Shown here: positions 37,951 through 51,802 of the stretch, one piece after another | Numbering within the stretch: the stretch's first letter is position 1 | Layout: every line of letters begins with the position of its first letter | Assembly (NCBI GenBank): GCA_964016885.1 | Contig: OZ024756.1 | Location: 16,802,001 to 16,866,000 of the forward strand | Direction: 5' to 3' | Source: Eledone cirrhosa | Taxonomy: Eukaryota | Length of the DNA stretch: 64,000 nt | Made by a program: the position numbers and the translations under genes | The notes under the pieces: generated by a model | Seen by the model: only the letters and a program-made list of their open reading frames with translations | Told to the model about the DNA's origin: nothing | Databases searched by the model: none

Positions 37951-38320
37951 AGTAGCTAATCACCACAGCTAATCCAATAAAGCATGCCACTGTCTAATTT
38001 TATCCATCTCCAGGGGTACTTTATTGGATTTTCATAACTATTATTTATGGTGATTGGTTATTATTATTATGGTAGTTTTCATTGGGACGCACACATGTTA
38101 AATTTGATATTTTTTAGTTTATTGTTTCTACGTAGAAAACATTGACACAACAAAGCACTAAAAACAGAAAATAATTAATAAAGTAATTGATGAAACAATT
38201 GAAAATATTTAATGAAATGAAATAGTCACCAATCCCATTGATGGCATTTGTGAGAAAGGTTAAGGAAGCAAGCCTAATGTGAAAATATTTTCAATAAGTC
38301 ACATGTTGGTACTGACTTAA

Positions 38321-38697
38321 CCTTTTAGAATTTAAACCAGCTGAATCCGGTTAGAATTCTCTCATCTCTTTCTGTTCAAACCGGCTGTAACCAGCCACTC
38401 ATACTGATGTTAAGGTATTGTCCTCAAAATAAATAATATCAAAATCTCATAGATTCGATATTACGTGCGATAATTATGTGAGGTAAAGCCTTTACCATAA
38501 AAATATATATAGAGCAGTGCTTCCCAACCTTTTTTGCTCCATGCCCCATCTCAACATCTAAAAAATGTTTATGTCCCCCTTTGATACAAAAACAAACTGA
38601 GTTTTGTAAAATATCACTTTCAAATTGCCCCTCATTATATTCAAATAGCGCCCCACATTGGGAATCACTGATATAGAGTAATGTAAATACTAAAGGG
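38321..38697 (-). mobile_element. piggyBac-type MITE interrupted by a hAT MITE
   Basis: TTAA|CCTTTTAG ... CTAAAGGG|TTAA with family-internal sequence. Confidence 0.85.
38515..38670. mobile_element. 156-bp hAT (Charlie-like) MITE
   Basis: TIR CAGTGCTTCCCAA / TTGGGAATCACTG with perfect 8-bp TSD ATATAGAG. Confidence 0.92.
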
Positions 38698-38919
38698 TTA
38701 AACTGGGATAGATATTATTCTTTTATATATTAACTAGTTTCAGTCATTAGACTGTGGTCGTGCTGGGGCACTGACTTGAAGGGAATTAAATGATATGATA
38801 GACTCCAGTAATTATTTTTTAAAGCCTGGTAATTATTTTATTTGTCAACTTGCTACATTATAGGCTATAAATAAATAAAGACTAAGACACACACACACAC
38901 ACAAAAGGGCAGTGACTGC

Positions 38920-39320
38920 AGGGGACATGCATAGGCTAGAGAGAAATGAAGCTGCCATGCTTCGTTGGATGTGCAATGTAAATTTGAGAGAAAAGCAGAG
39001 CTTGGATGAACTGAAGGAGAAACTGGGTTTAAGAATAATCAGAAGTGGTGTGTAAGAGAGAAGATTACATTAGTACAGACACGTGATGTGCATGGATGAT
39101 GATCGCTGGGTGATTAAGTTCCAGGAAATCCTTGTGGAGGGGAAATTGCAATAGAAGTACACCAAGAAAGACCTGGCTGGAAGTGGTGAGAGCTGATCTC
39201 AGACCACTGAGACTCTCAGAGGAGATGAAAAAAGGAATGTGACAAGTGGAGAGATGCTGTGCTGAAAAGAACCAGTCCAACTCATGCGAGTATAGAAAAA
39301 CAGATTTAAAAACGATGATG
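38920..39320 (+). mobile_element. RTE LINE 3' fragment
   Basis: RLERNEAAMLRWMCNV...ELKEKLGL...PRKTWLEVVRADL, short (TGA)n tail. Confidence 0.85.
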
Positions 39321-39347
39321 AGGATATATATATCCGCTTTTCCCTGC

Positions 39348-39874
39348 TTGGAAAAAGAATAGTTGGAAAAACAGTTTAAGTTATGCTGTTTATTTTTCAA
39401 CATATGCTCCATCTAGGTCAATACACTTCTGTAAGTGTTGATACCAGCCTTTAAGTTCATCTGTGTAAAACTAAGGGCCATGTGATTTAAACCATGTCAA
39501 AGTAGCTTTTTTTACATCTTCAACTGGGGATCATCTTCAACCTCATCTCTTCCACTTCTAAAACGACTTATCCATTTGTAGTTTGTTGATTTCTTTGGAG
39601 CATTGTCCCCATAAACTTGCTCCAGAGCATCAATTATTTGGCTGCTCTTCCACCCTAGCTTCACCATGAATTTGATGTTTTGATGGAGGCCATGTTGCTC
39701 AAGTGGGTGCTGATTTCCGACTGGTGCCGCTGCATTGCAACATGCATTTACGGGCTCTTGTTAGAATATGTTATGACACGTTAGTACGAGAATGTACAGG
39801 TGCATTAAGATCAAAATCCCAGCATATGATTTTTAGCTATGTACTTTTTCCACAAAATTTTTGAAAGCTCCTCG
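39348..39874 (-). mobile_element. Internally deleted Hsmar2-like (irritans subfamily) mariner
   Basis: NIKFMVKLGWKSSQIIDALEQVYGDNAPKKSTNYKWISRFRSGRDEVEDD joined to VKKATLTWL..GWYQHLQKCIDLDGAYVEK*; TIR TA|CGAGGAGCTTTCAAAAATTTTGTGGAAAA. Confidence 0.9.
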
Positions 39875-40244
39875 TATATAGAATTGGTTTTTACACAGTT
39901 TGTGTCTTCCAAATTTCACTAACAAGTCATTGGTCAGCCTGAGACTATTATAGTAAGGGAACTGAACCCAAAACTACAAGGCTGCAAAGCAAACTTCTTA
40001 AACCACACAGCCTTACCTACACCTGTCATCTAGAGAAAGGAAACAAATTTTTTTTGGGGGGGGTCCTTGTTGAGATAGGATAAGCCTATAACCTTTAAAG
40101 AAAAGAACAAAAAGAAAAGAAAAGAAGCCTATCAGTTAATGTCAATCTCCTTGACTGGGAGAGGTAAGATAGGTATTTTTGATTCTCTGATTTTCTGAAA
40201 TGTTATGTAATTCAGACTAGAGCTCTTAAACATGAAAACATTGG

Positions 40245-40320
<76 letters not shown>

Positions 40321-40433
40321 GCTAAATCTTGAATCACTGCTGATTCTGTGGGTGGTTTCAGATATATATATATATGAGTGTGTGTGTGTGTACCTATTTT
40401 GTTTTTGCTTTTTGTTGTTGCAACTTCGCTATA

Positions 40434-40484
<51 letters not shown>

Positions 40485-40561
40485 TATATATATGTATATA
40501 TTAAAATATCTATATATATCTATTTTGATTTTGCTTATTTTTGTTGCAAATTTGCAATATA

Positions 40562-40595
<34 letters not shown>

Positions 40596-40865
40596 CCTAT
40601 TTTGATTTTGCTTATTTTTGTTCTAACTTTGCAATATATATATATATATGTTTATATTATATATATATAAACTACACACTGCTTTTCTTAGCATTGACTG
40701 GCAAGATAAGAAATTATTCAGTTTGTTTGTATCTCTGAATTCCAGACAGAACAAGAGATTAGCTAGACTATATATAATACAGAGAAGCTATAGTGTATAT
40801 GATATATATATAAACTAGAGTATATAGAATTCATAGAAACAGACAATATATACACACAGACACAC

Positions 40866-40907
<42 letters not shown>

Positions 40908-41082
40908 GATTATATGATACTTAAAGACAAAAAAAAAAGAAAAGAAATTTCAAACTGGAGAAATCATATAAGAAGTTGTTTGATAACAACAATGGATGTA
41001 TCATGTAAAATATATAAATGTACATATGTATGTGTATATATGTATGTATGTATGTGTGTATATATATATGTATGTATGTGTG

Positions 41083-41113
<31 letters not shown>

Positions 41114-41251
41114 TTTAATTCTTTTAATAGTTTCAGTTAATCATATGGACCCCGATACTTATTTTTTTTAAGTCTGATATTTATTTCATCGATTATTTTG
41201 TTGATTTGCTAAGTTATGGAGTATAAACACAGACATATATATAGACACAGG

Positions 41252-41294
<43 letters not shown>

Positions 41295-41619
41295 TTCCGC
41301 CCACATAAGTTATAGCGCAGTAGGATTTAATCCAGGAACATGTGAATTGAACTCTTTAACCATGCAGCCATGCCCGTGCCTATATATATATAATCATCAT
41401 CATCATCATTATCAGTGTTTTTACATGTGGTTTTTCATGATTGCATGTCCTTATCAACACAGTATCCCTCCCCATGTTGTGATCCTTTGTCATCTCCTCT
41501 ATTTGTTTGAGCAATTTGAGATCAGCTTTCACCACCTCTGCCCACGTCTTCTTTGAGATTCATCTACTGTCGCTTCCTTCCAAGGGGATTTCATGGCATC
41601 TATAGATATATATATATAT

Positions 41620-41733
41620 GGAGGCACATGGCTTAGTGGTTAGAGCATTGGCTTTGCCAGAATCAGTTCCCGTCCCACCCTTGCAAGCAGGGAAAAATGC
41701 GGACGTAAAATGAAATGATGAAATGATGATGAT
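41620..41733 (+). mobile_element. Mini deletion derivative of the CORE-type SINE
   Basis: Head GGCACATGGCTTAGTGGTTAGAGCATTGG fused directly to the GCCAGAATCAGTTCCCGTCCC tail. Confidence 0.8.
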
Positions 41734-42000
41734 ATATTTGCGTGTGTAAGTGTACATATATTTGTAGCAAATTTTATTTATTTGTAAATAGCAGAAAAAT
41801 AATCATCTTGTCTTGTGTCCATTTGTTACAGTCGTGTGTGCACTGAAGCTTGTGATATCGACCTTAAATCACCAAAACCATCTAACCCTCCAGTGATCAA
41901 CTGATGAGAAGGGACTGTACCATGTTTCATCCATTTTTCCATTGTCTTCGCCCACCATTTTTGATTCTCTCAATGATCTTGGCCATGCAGGGGATTTTTT

Positions 42001-42037
<37 letters not shown>

Positions 42038-42078
42038 GAAATGGATATTAAATGATGATGATGTCAATGATAATTATG

Positions 42079-42124
<46 letters not shown>

Positions 42125-42320
42125 AGATTTTGAGTGCGGAAAAAAGAAAGAGAGGAGAGAGACAGGTTAAAGAAGAAGAAAGAGAGAGGGGTAGAAAGAG
42201 AAAGATAGAGAGAGAGATGGAATCAGGGAGGGAGTTTGGTAAAGAGAGAAATTACTTCAGTTTAAAGAAAGTATTAGGTATTCCACTCACTGTGTTTATT
42301 AAAGTGGAAATGCCAATCAC

Positions 42321-42359
<39 letters not shown>

Positions 42360-42688
42360 GCGCGCACACACACACACAAATATATATACGCGCACACACA
42401 CACACAAATATATATACACACATACACACACACAAATATATATACACACACACATATATATATATATACACATATACATTACATATATATATATATATAT
42501 ATATACATACGTATATACATACACACATATATATATATATACATATATATATATACATACATATATATATACACATACATATATATACATACATACATAT
42601 ATACACATACATATATATATATACATACATACATATTTATATATATATATATATATACACACTTATACATAAATACATATATATATAT

Positions 42689-42892
42689 AGGCACATGGCT
42701 TAGTGGTTAGAGCATTGGCCTTGCAATCGAAGGGTTGTGAGTTCAATTCTCAGACTGGGTGATGTGTTGTTTCCTTGAGCAAGACACTTTATTTCACATT
42801 GCTCCAGTTTACTCAGCTGTAGAAATCAAGCCAGAATCAGTTCCCGTCCCACCCTTGCAAGCAGGGAAAAGTGGACGTAAAATGAAATGATG
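42689..42892 (+). mobile_element. CORE-type SINE with internal deletion
   Basis: A-box TGGCTTAGTGG, B-box GAGTTCAATTC, single CAGCTGTAGAAAT junction. Confidence 0.88.
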
Positions 42893-43400
42893 ATATATAT
42901 ACACATATATATACATACATATATATACACACATATATATACATACATATATATACACACATATATATACATACATATATATACACACATATATATATAT
43001 ACATACATATATATATACATACATATATATATACATACATATACATATATACATACATATACACACACTTATATATACATAAATACATATATATATACAC
43101 ACATATATATACAAACACACACATATATACATATATATATATACACACACATATATATACATATATATATATACACACACATATATATACATATATACAC
43201 ACACATATATATATATATATACACACACATATATATATATACACATATATATATATATACATACATATATACATACATATATATATATACACATATATTC
43301 AAATATATATATACACACATATATATACATATATATATACACATATATATATATATACATACATATATATACATATATATACACATATATATATATATAC

Positions 43401-43434
<34 letters not shown>

Positions 43435-43559
43435 ATATATACACATAAATATATATATATATATACACATACATATATATATACACATACATATATATAT
43501 ATATATATACACATACATATATATAGATACATACATATATATATATACATACACATATA

Positions 43560-43591
<32 letters not shown>

Positions 43592-43662
43592 CATACATAT
43601 ATATATACATATATATATACATATATATATATACATACATATATATATATATACATACACAC

Positions 43663-43693
<31 letters not shown>

Positions 43694-43744
43694 TATACAT
43701 ACACATATATATACATACATACATATATACATACATACATATAT

Positions 43745-43775
<31 letters not shown>

Positions 43776-43848
43776 CACATACATATATATATATATACAC
43801 ACATATATATATATACACACATATATATATATATATACACACACAACC

Positions 43849-44165
43849 CTGAGTGCCTTTTCGATTTCCATGTGTCTAACACACGTGGACATGCCCACAA
43901 AGTAAGAAAACAGCACAGTTCCCATGACTTTCGGAAACATTTTTTCACGCTCAGAGTTGCTGAAGCATGGAACAAACTACCTGCATCAGTTGTTAGCTGT
44001 CGAGACACTGCATCCTTTAAGGCCTCCATGCTTCCCGAGATCCGCCAACACTACAGCTAACACATACAAACATGTACTTCCCTGGCATTTGTGTATTATT
44101 CTATGTACTATATTGACGAGTTGTAGTGCACCTGAGCACTTTACACAATAATTTCATTATTATTT
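43849..44165 (+). mobile_element. CR1-clade LINE 3' end
   Basis: [47 protein letters not shown] is a typical CR1 ORF2 C-terminus; (ATT)n tail. Confidence 0.9.
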
Positions 44166-44659
44166 TTTTTTTTTTATATACATATACACATATATATATA
44201 TACATACATATATATATATATGTATACACATATATATATGTATACACATACATATATATATATATGTATACACATACATATATATATGTATATATACACA
44301 TATATATGTATACACATACATATATATATGTATATATACACATACATATATACATACATACATATATATGTACATATACACATACATATATACATACATA
44401 CATATATATGTACATATACACATACATATATATTTATATACATACATATATTTATATACATATATGCACATATATATACATTCATACATACATATTTATA
44501 TACATACATATATGCACATATATATACATACATATATATATATACATATATACATATATATATATACATACATAAATACATATATACATACATATATATA
44601 TATATATACATACATATATATATATATACATACATATATATATATACATATATACATAC

Positions 44660-45003
44660 ATCATCATCATCATCATTTCATTTACGTCCGCTTTTTCCCT
44701 GCTTGCAAAGGTGGGACGGGAACTGATTCTGGCTTGATTTCTACAGCTGGATGCCCTTCCTAACACCAACCTCATTTACAGTGAGTGCTGGGTGCTTTTT
44801 TGTCGTGGAACCTCCACGACCACTTTGCAGTGGAATGATAGGGACCCCAGTCCTATCATCTCATTTCTACAGCTGAGTAAACTGGAGCAATGTGAAATAA
44901 AGTGTCTTGCTCAAGGAAACAACACATCACCCAGTCTGAGAATTGAACTCACAACCTTTCGATTGCAAGGCCAATGCTCTAACCACTAAGCCATATGCCT
45001 CCA
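44660..45003 (-). mobile_element. Full-length CORE-type SINE
   Basis: Reverse complement of the family with intact A/B boxes and (TGA)n tail. Confidence 0.9.
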
Positions 45004-45865
45004 CATACATATATATATATACATATATACATACATACATACATATATATATATACATATATACATACATATATATATATACATATATACATACATATAT
45101 ATATACACATATATACATACATATATATATACATATATACATACATATATATATATACATATATACATACATATATATATATACATATATACATACATAT
45201 ATATATATACATATATACATACATATATATATATACATATATACATACATATATATATACACATATATACATACATATATATATACACATATATACATAC
45301 ATATATATATACATATATACATACATATATATATACATATATACATACATATATATATATACATATATACATACATATATATATATACATATATACATAC
45401 ATATATACATATATATATACATATATACATATATACATATATATATACATATATACATATATATATACATATATACATATATATATACATATATACATAT
45501 ATATATACATACATACATATATATATATACATACATACATATATACATATATACATATATACATATATACATATATATATATACATACATACATATACAT
45601 ACATATATATATATACATACATACATATACATACATATATATATATACATACATACATATACATACATATATATATATACATACATATATATATATACAT
45701 ACATACATATACATACATATATATATATACATACATACATATACATACATATATATATATACATACATACATATACATACATATATATATATACATACAT
45801 ACATATATACATACATATATATATATATACATACATACATATATACATACATATATACATACATA

Positions 45866-45909
<44 letters not shown>

Positions 45910-45952
45910 TACATTTATATACACACACATATACACACACACATACACACAC

Positions 45953-45983
<31 letters not shown>

Positions 45984-46770
45984 TGGTATCATGGTTTTCA
46001 GATCGATTAACTCGGAGGCAACTAAATTACAACCTTCATTTATTTCCTCTTCTTCACACACTTCTCACCGCATCAACAATCAAAAGATAATTGTCCTCTC
46101 CACAAATTATTATTCCAGACATTTAAGAAACTGTCCAGATATATTAATTGCAATTCTTTTCATTTCTCGTTCTTTTTTGGGGGGGGGGTTCTTTTATCCA
46201 CATGCACATGTAAGTACACATGGACACACAAACTCATACATACACATATACACACAAACTCATATGTACACATGGACACACACACACAAACTGACATGCA
46301 CACATGCATGCACATACCACACACAAAATCTCATACATACACATGCCTTCGCATACCACACACACTCTCTCAAACTGATACACACACACATGTATGCACA
46401 TACCACACATACAAACTCATACATATATATGCCTTTGCATATCACACACACTCATACATAAACATGCCATGCACATTCCACACACACACACAAACTCATA
46501 TCTACATATGCCTTCGCATACTACACACACACATACATACACATACCACACACACACCCAATCATACACACACATACCACACACAGACACACCACAGAAA
46601 GACAAAATGAAGTGAATATAACACAATCTTAATGAAGAGACATAGAAAAGCAAGAAAGGCATTGAGAATGTCACAGAATGTGTGATGATGATTTGGCAAT
46701 TAAAGAACCACCCAGTTCTTTACTAACCGAGAAAGTTTCATTATCTGACTAAACATAAAACCAAAGTGAA

Positions 46771-46990
46771 CCCTTTAGCATTCACATTACTCTATATATA
46801 CTATTATATTTTCATGGTAAAGGCTTTATCTCGCATAATTATCTCACATAATACCGAGTCTGTGAGATTTTAAAAGTATTTATTTTGAGAACAATACCTT
46901 AACATCAGTTTCAGTGACCGGTTACAGCCAGTTTCAACAGAAAGAGGTAGATAATTCTGGCCAGTTTTGGCCGGTTTGAACATTAAAGGG
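46771..46990 (+). mobile_element. 220-bp piggyBac-type MITE
   Basis: CCCTTTAGCATTCAC...CATTAAAGGG|TTAA; left TSD mutated to TGAA. Confidence 0.88.
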
Positions 46991-47037
46991 TTAACTGGCT
47001 CATGTATTTTTATTGCTAGCATGACCTTCCCGATGTA

Positions 47038-47364
47038 CAGTTGTCCCTTGGTATTCGCAGGGGTTACCTTCCTAGAGTTCTCACGAAGAGTGAAAAACTG
47101 CGAATATTCGACATGGCCCACAAAAATGCCTATAAATGTCAAAACATAACGTAAAATATAGGCCGGCAAATATGGTATATTGTTATTCATAATTTAGTGT
47201 TAAGGAGCATGAAAAAGTATATATTGCCATGAAAAAGCCATGAAAAAACCGCAGAAGATATTTACAATTCTGCGAATATGTGATGGTTTCCACGAACAAT
47301 TATTTGTTAGGTTCTAAGGAAAATTCCGTGAATAACCGGATCCGCGAATGCCGGGAGTACACTG
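47038..47364. mobile_element. 327-bp Tigger/pogo-type MITE, unexpanded copy
   Basis: TA|CAGTTGTCCCTTGGTATTCGC ... GCGAATGCCGGGAGTACACTG|TA. Confidence 0.9.
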
Positions 47365-47588
47365 TATATGGATAGGTGAGGCATCTTTACCAAAACACTG
47401 CCACTATACTCACTGAATAACTATAATGTGTGTATCACTCGTCTAACCCATGCTAGCATGGAAGATAAACATTAAACGATGATGATGATGTGCACTCTGA
47501 AACTTAGGATGCAGTTTCACAACTGCAAACTTATTGTGAGTGGGTCATGGTCAGAGGTTGCTGAAATAACTTCGGTGACTTTCGTAAA

Positions 47589-47635
<47 letters not shown>

Positions 47636-47713
47636 GGAGGTGAGTTTTACATATATGTTGATTTAAAACTGAACTATCCACAAGTGTTTTTTAGCCTTCA
47701 TATCATGTCCTCC

Positions 47714-47784
47714 TGTTTTATCTGATGAAAACACAAATATTATTGCATGATGATATTTGTTTTTGAAATGCGCATAATAAAATA
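47714..47784 (+). ncRNA. Type I hammerhead ribozyme motif with palindromic stem III
   Basis: Stem I TGTTTTAT/ATAAAATA, CTGATGA at 47722-47728, stem II AAAC-ACAAATATTAT(TGCATG)ATGATATTTGT-TTTT, GAAA at 47765-47768, A-T[GCGC]A-T, AUA triplet; in a segment flanked by (TA)n on both sides. Confidence 0.8.
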
Positions 47785-47814
47785 CATGGAACTCCTTTAA
47801 CCATCTTTTGTTCT

Positions 47815-47881
<67 letters not shown>

Positions 47882-47939
47882 GTTCCTTTACAGTTTTGGG
47901 ATGCGGGTGGGAAAGGCTTAAGTATATATTCTGTACATA

Positions 47940-48510
47940 TTGGATTGGCAGTATTGGTAGAGGGTCGGACGCCATGCTTAGCAACATAGAGTTACGGCCC
48001 TTTATAGTCTGAGTTAAAATCCCACTGAGGTTGACTTTGTCTTTCATCCTTATGGGGTCAATAAAATAAAGCACCAGTAATGCACTGGGGTAATTGCTGG
48101 CCTTGTACCAAAAGTAGAAACAATTATTTATAGCTCACATTTTTTTTTTTATCACCAATACGGGACTAGGAAAGAAATTAAAAACATGATCATACTAACA
48201 TATTTAGAGTCAATAGAATATCAGTGTAGTAAAAACCAAGATCATTCAACAAGTTTCCACATTATTGGAAGGGCTTAAGACCCAAAAGCCCCCTAGCAAT
48301 ATTGGCAGTATTGGTAGAAGGTCGGATGCCATGCTTTGCAACATAGAGTTATGGCCCTTTATGATCTGAGTTCAAATCCCACCGAGGTTAACTTTGCCTT
48401 TCATCCTTACGGGGTTGATGAAATAAAGTACGAGTCACGCACTGGAGTCAATTTAAGCGATTGTCCCTTCGCCCAAAATTGCTGGCCTTGTGCCTATATA
48501 AGAAACCATT
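47940..48510 (+). mobile_element. Two Meta-type SINE copies (47940-48130 and 48300-48510)
   Basis: GGCAGTATTGGTAGA...GAGTT(C/A)AAATCCC...CTTTCATCCTTA. Confidence 0.8.
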
Positions 48511-48869
48511 ATGTATGGAAAGAGAAAAAGAAAGAAAAGATATACGGAAGTATATAAATCTAATGAAGGTGGTTGAAAATCAGTCGAATTTGTTGAATAT
48601 TTCCACTTGGCAAGCAGTTAGGTTTTGAAATGGAGGCATCCCCTAAAAATGTTGATCTTTGAGTTCAAGTAAATATTATTCTGTGAATAAGATATCTTGA
48701 TGGAATTACGATTGAATATTTTACTATATCTATGTTGTGGTGAAAAATGTCTATCTAATAAATCTAAAAATGTTTACCTACATTAGTATTTACTTTAAGG
48801 GAAAAGAGAAGTACAGACCAAATAATTCTTCTTTTTCTATTCGTATTTTTAGTATGCTTGAGTTGGGAA

Positions 48870-49224
48870 TAATAATAATAATAATGAAATTATTGTGTAC
48901 AGTGCTCAGGTGCACTACAACTCATCAAAGGTGCATGTATAGTACATAGAATAATGTACAAATGTAATGAAAATAAACAGTGTATGAGTCATGATATAAT
49001 AACAATAACAATAATGAAATATTGTGTACAGTGCCCAGGTGCACCACAACTCATCAAAAAAGTGCATGTACAGTACATAGGGAAATGCACAAACATCAGT
49101 AAAATGAACAGTGCACGAGTCATGATACACACATGTGTGCATGTGTATGGAAGGGGTACATCAGGTGTAGTTTTGGCGTATTTCGGGAAGCATGAGTGTC
49201 TTAAAGGATGCAGTGTCTCGGCAG
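48870..49224 (-). mobile_element. Tandem CR1 3'-end fragments, another at 49515-49748
   Basis: Reverse complement of 43990-44165 with (AAT)n tails. Confidence 0.8.
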
Positions 49225-49400
49225 AATAATTGGGTGTATACATAATTTTGTCCTTAAAACCACTATCTAAGAGGGCTTGTTTGTAGTAAGCCTTATTGAA
49301 AATCACCCTAGTTGCTGATAGATTTGAGATCCTATGACTAATGATAGAAACTAAGTTTTTAGGGGATGCCTATGCAAATTTGTATTTACAACATACAATT
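49225..49400 (-). mobile_element. PLE reverse-transcriptase thumb fragment (Naiad-like)
   Basis: KNLVSIISHRISNLSATRVIFNKAYYKQALLDSGFKDKIMYTP matches the PLE RIS..S....F.....Y..AL..SG(Y/F) pattern. Confidence 0.75.
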
Positions 49401-49465
49401 TTTTTTAAATTGAGTGAGTGGGTAATGGCGATCGTAGACAAAATTTAATTGCCTAGCTCATTATA

Positions 49466-49529
<64 letters not shown>

Positions 49530-50096
49530 AATGAAATATTGTGTACAGTGCTCAGGTGCACTACAACTCATCAAAAAGTGTATGTATAGTACATAGAGTA
49601 ATGTACAAACGTCAGGAAAATGAACAGTGCATGAGTCATGATATACACGTGTGTGCATGTGTATGGAAGGGGTACATCAGGTGTAGTTTTGGCGTATTTC
49701 GGGAAGCATGAGTGTTTTAAAGGATGCAGTGTCTCGGCAGCTAACAACATATATATATATATATATATATCATCATTTTTACATTGTCTTTTCTCTGCGG
49801 ATTGGACAGGACTTTTTGAGGCAATGTTTTACAGCCAGATATCTTTCTGGATACTGACACTTTTAGTTCCTTCTTACGCCACCCAGGGATACAGTGTACC
49901 TATTCTAAAGTGGACACACACACGATATATGGTAAATTTGGAGAGAAATGAATTGAGCATGCTCTGTTGGATGTGCAATGTTAGTGAGTGTGAACGATAG
50001 GGCATGGATGAACTGTGAGAAAAGTTGGACATAAAATCATTGTCAGTGTCTTTCCTTAGAAATATGGTAACAAAAGGGTTTTAGGATTTTCTACAG

Positions 50097-50280
50097 ATAA
50101 TTGTTTCTACATTAGGCACAAGGCCAGCAATTACCCAGTGCATTACTGTTACTTTATTTTATCGACCCCGTAAGGATGAAAGGCAAAGTCAACCTCGGCG
50201 GGATTTGAACTCAGATCGTAATGGGACGTAACTATGCTGGAAAGCATGGCGTCCGACCCTCTACCGATACTGCCAATCCA
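50097..50280 (-). mobile_element. Meta-type SINE
   Basis: Reverse complement of the family consensus. Confidence 0.82.
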
Positions 50281-51247
50281 ATATCAGTAATAGCAGCCAG
50301 TTTGAACAGAAAGATGTGAGAGAATTCTGGATGGACGGTCAGTTTAAAAGCTATAGGGTTAAAGTTAACCTGTGTACAAAGCCTAATACAAGTATTACAA
50401 GCATGGCGTCCGACCCTCTACCAATACTGCCAATCCACCGCCTTTTTTCTACAGATAATGGTTGCAAAATCTATAACAATTCATTAACTCAAAAAATATT
50501 ATACCTATTCCTTTATAGACAAGACAAACAATTTAAACAACTAGTCACACTACCACCGCCACTACAACTACTAGCACTATCATCACCACTACTACTACTA
50601 TCACCACCACCACTACTACCACACCTACCATTATCACTACTACTACTACCATCACCACCACCATTACTACTAACACCCCACCATCACTACTACTACCACC
50701 ACCATTACTACTACTAACACCCCACCATCACTACTACTACTACCACTACCACCACCACCACCACTACTACTAGTCTTAAAGAGTTGTTCTTTCATTGACA
50801 CCAAGCTAATTCCTGATTAATTCACTATATTTAGTTAAACTTAACCAGCAATCTTATTAAAACTTGCAAGGAGCAGTATTTCTATGGACCTTTGAGATAA
50901 GAACTTTAGTCTACTTGCAGGCAAGCTATTAATAGCTACTGAGAAACATCCAACACTGACCTAATCAGTTAAAAGTTATTTTATACAGTAGCAGAAATTG
51001 ATTTCCAATTGATTTCCAATTTATACTTAGTCCAAGCAAATCAATGACATTGAAAATGCATTACATTTGATTAAGAAAGAAAACAAATCAATGATTTAAA
51101 AGGTTAGCTTTCAACCTTCTGTTTGAATATCTGATTAAATTAGCACAAACTTTTGATTACAAATACACTCTACCAGTTCAGAATAACAGCAAATATATAT
51201 TTATAAATTGGAAGCTTTGTGTTGGAATAATCTAAAATGATAACCAA

Positions 51248-51590
51248 TTGTTATTACTGTTGCTGTTGTTGTTACTGTTGTTGTTGTTATTACTGTTATT
51301 ATTACTGCTGTTGTTGTTGCTGCTGCTGTTGTTATTACTGTTGCTCTTGCTGTTGTTATTATTGTTATTACTGTTGCTCTTGCTGTTATTATTGTTGTTG
51401 CTGTTGTTATTACTGTTGCTCTTGCTGTTATTATTGTTGCTGCTGCTGTTGTTATTATTGTTGTTGTTGCTGTTGTTACTGCTGCTGTTGTTGTTATTGT
51501 TGTTGTTGTTGCTGTTGTTGTTATTGCTATTGTTGTTGTTGTCATTGCTGCTAGTGCTGATGCTGTTGTTGTTGTTGTTGTTATTGTTGC
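51248..51590. repeat. (TGT/TAT/TGC)n trinucleotide tract
   Basis: Direct inspection. Confidence 0.9.
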
Positions 51591-51802
51591 ATAACTCCCA
51601 CTGACTAATGCCAGGGTATACTTATCTCCACAGAGGTTTTCAGAACAACCGAGTTATCCAACATAGATAATACCACCCCCCTCCCTCCCCTCACCACCAC
51701 CTCAGTCTCTAGCCTTAAACATTGCTGTATCCTGTTTAACAGTAGTGTGGCATGGTGTGGTGTGGCAGTGAGAAGAATGTTGTATCTGGTTTACTGACCA
51801 GT

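Larger units (their letters stand above)
42325..45980. repeat. About 3.6 kb of compound (TA/CA)n microsatellite hosting SINE and LINE insertions
   Basis: Direct inspection. Confidence 0.95.

Noticed and set aside
41850-41935. CTGATGA and CTGAAG hammerhead-like starts (also 7781, 17629 and minus strand 55565)
   Set aside because: No correctly placed GAAA, NUH and closing stem I.
42052-46461. Long Tyr/Ile/His/Cys/Val/Met-rich ORFs (also 26051-26573, 32020-33746, 63539-63996)
   Set aside because: Translations of (TA/CA/TG)n microsatellites.
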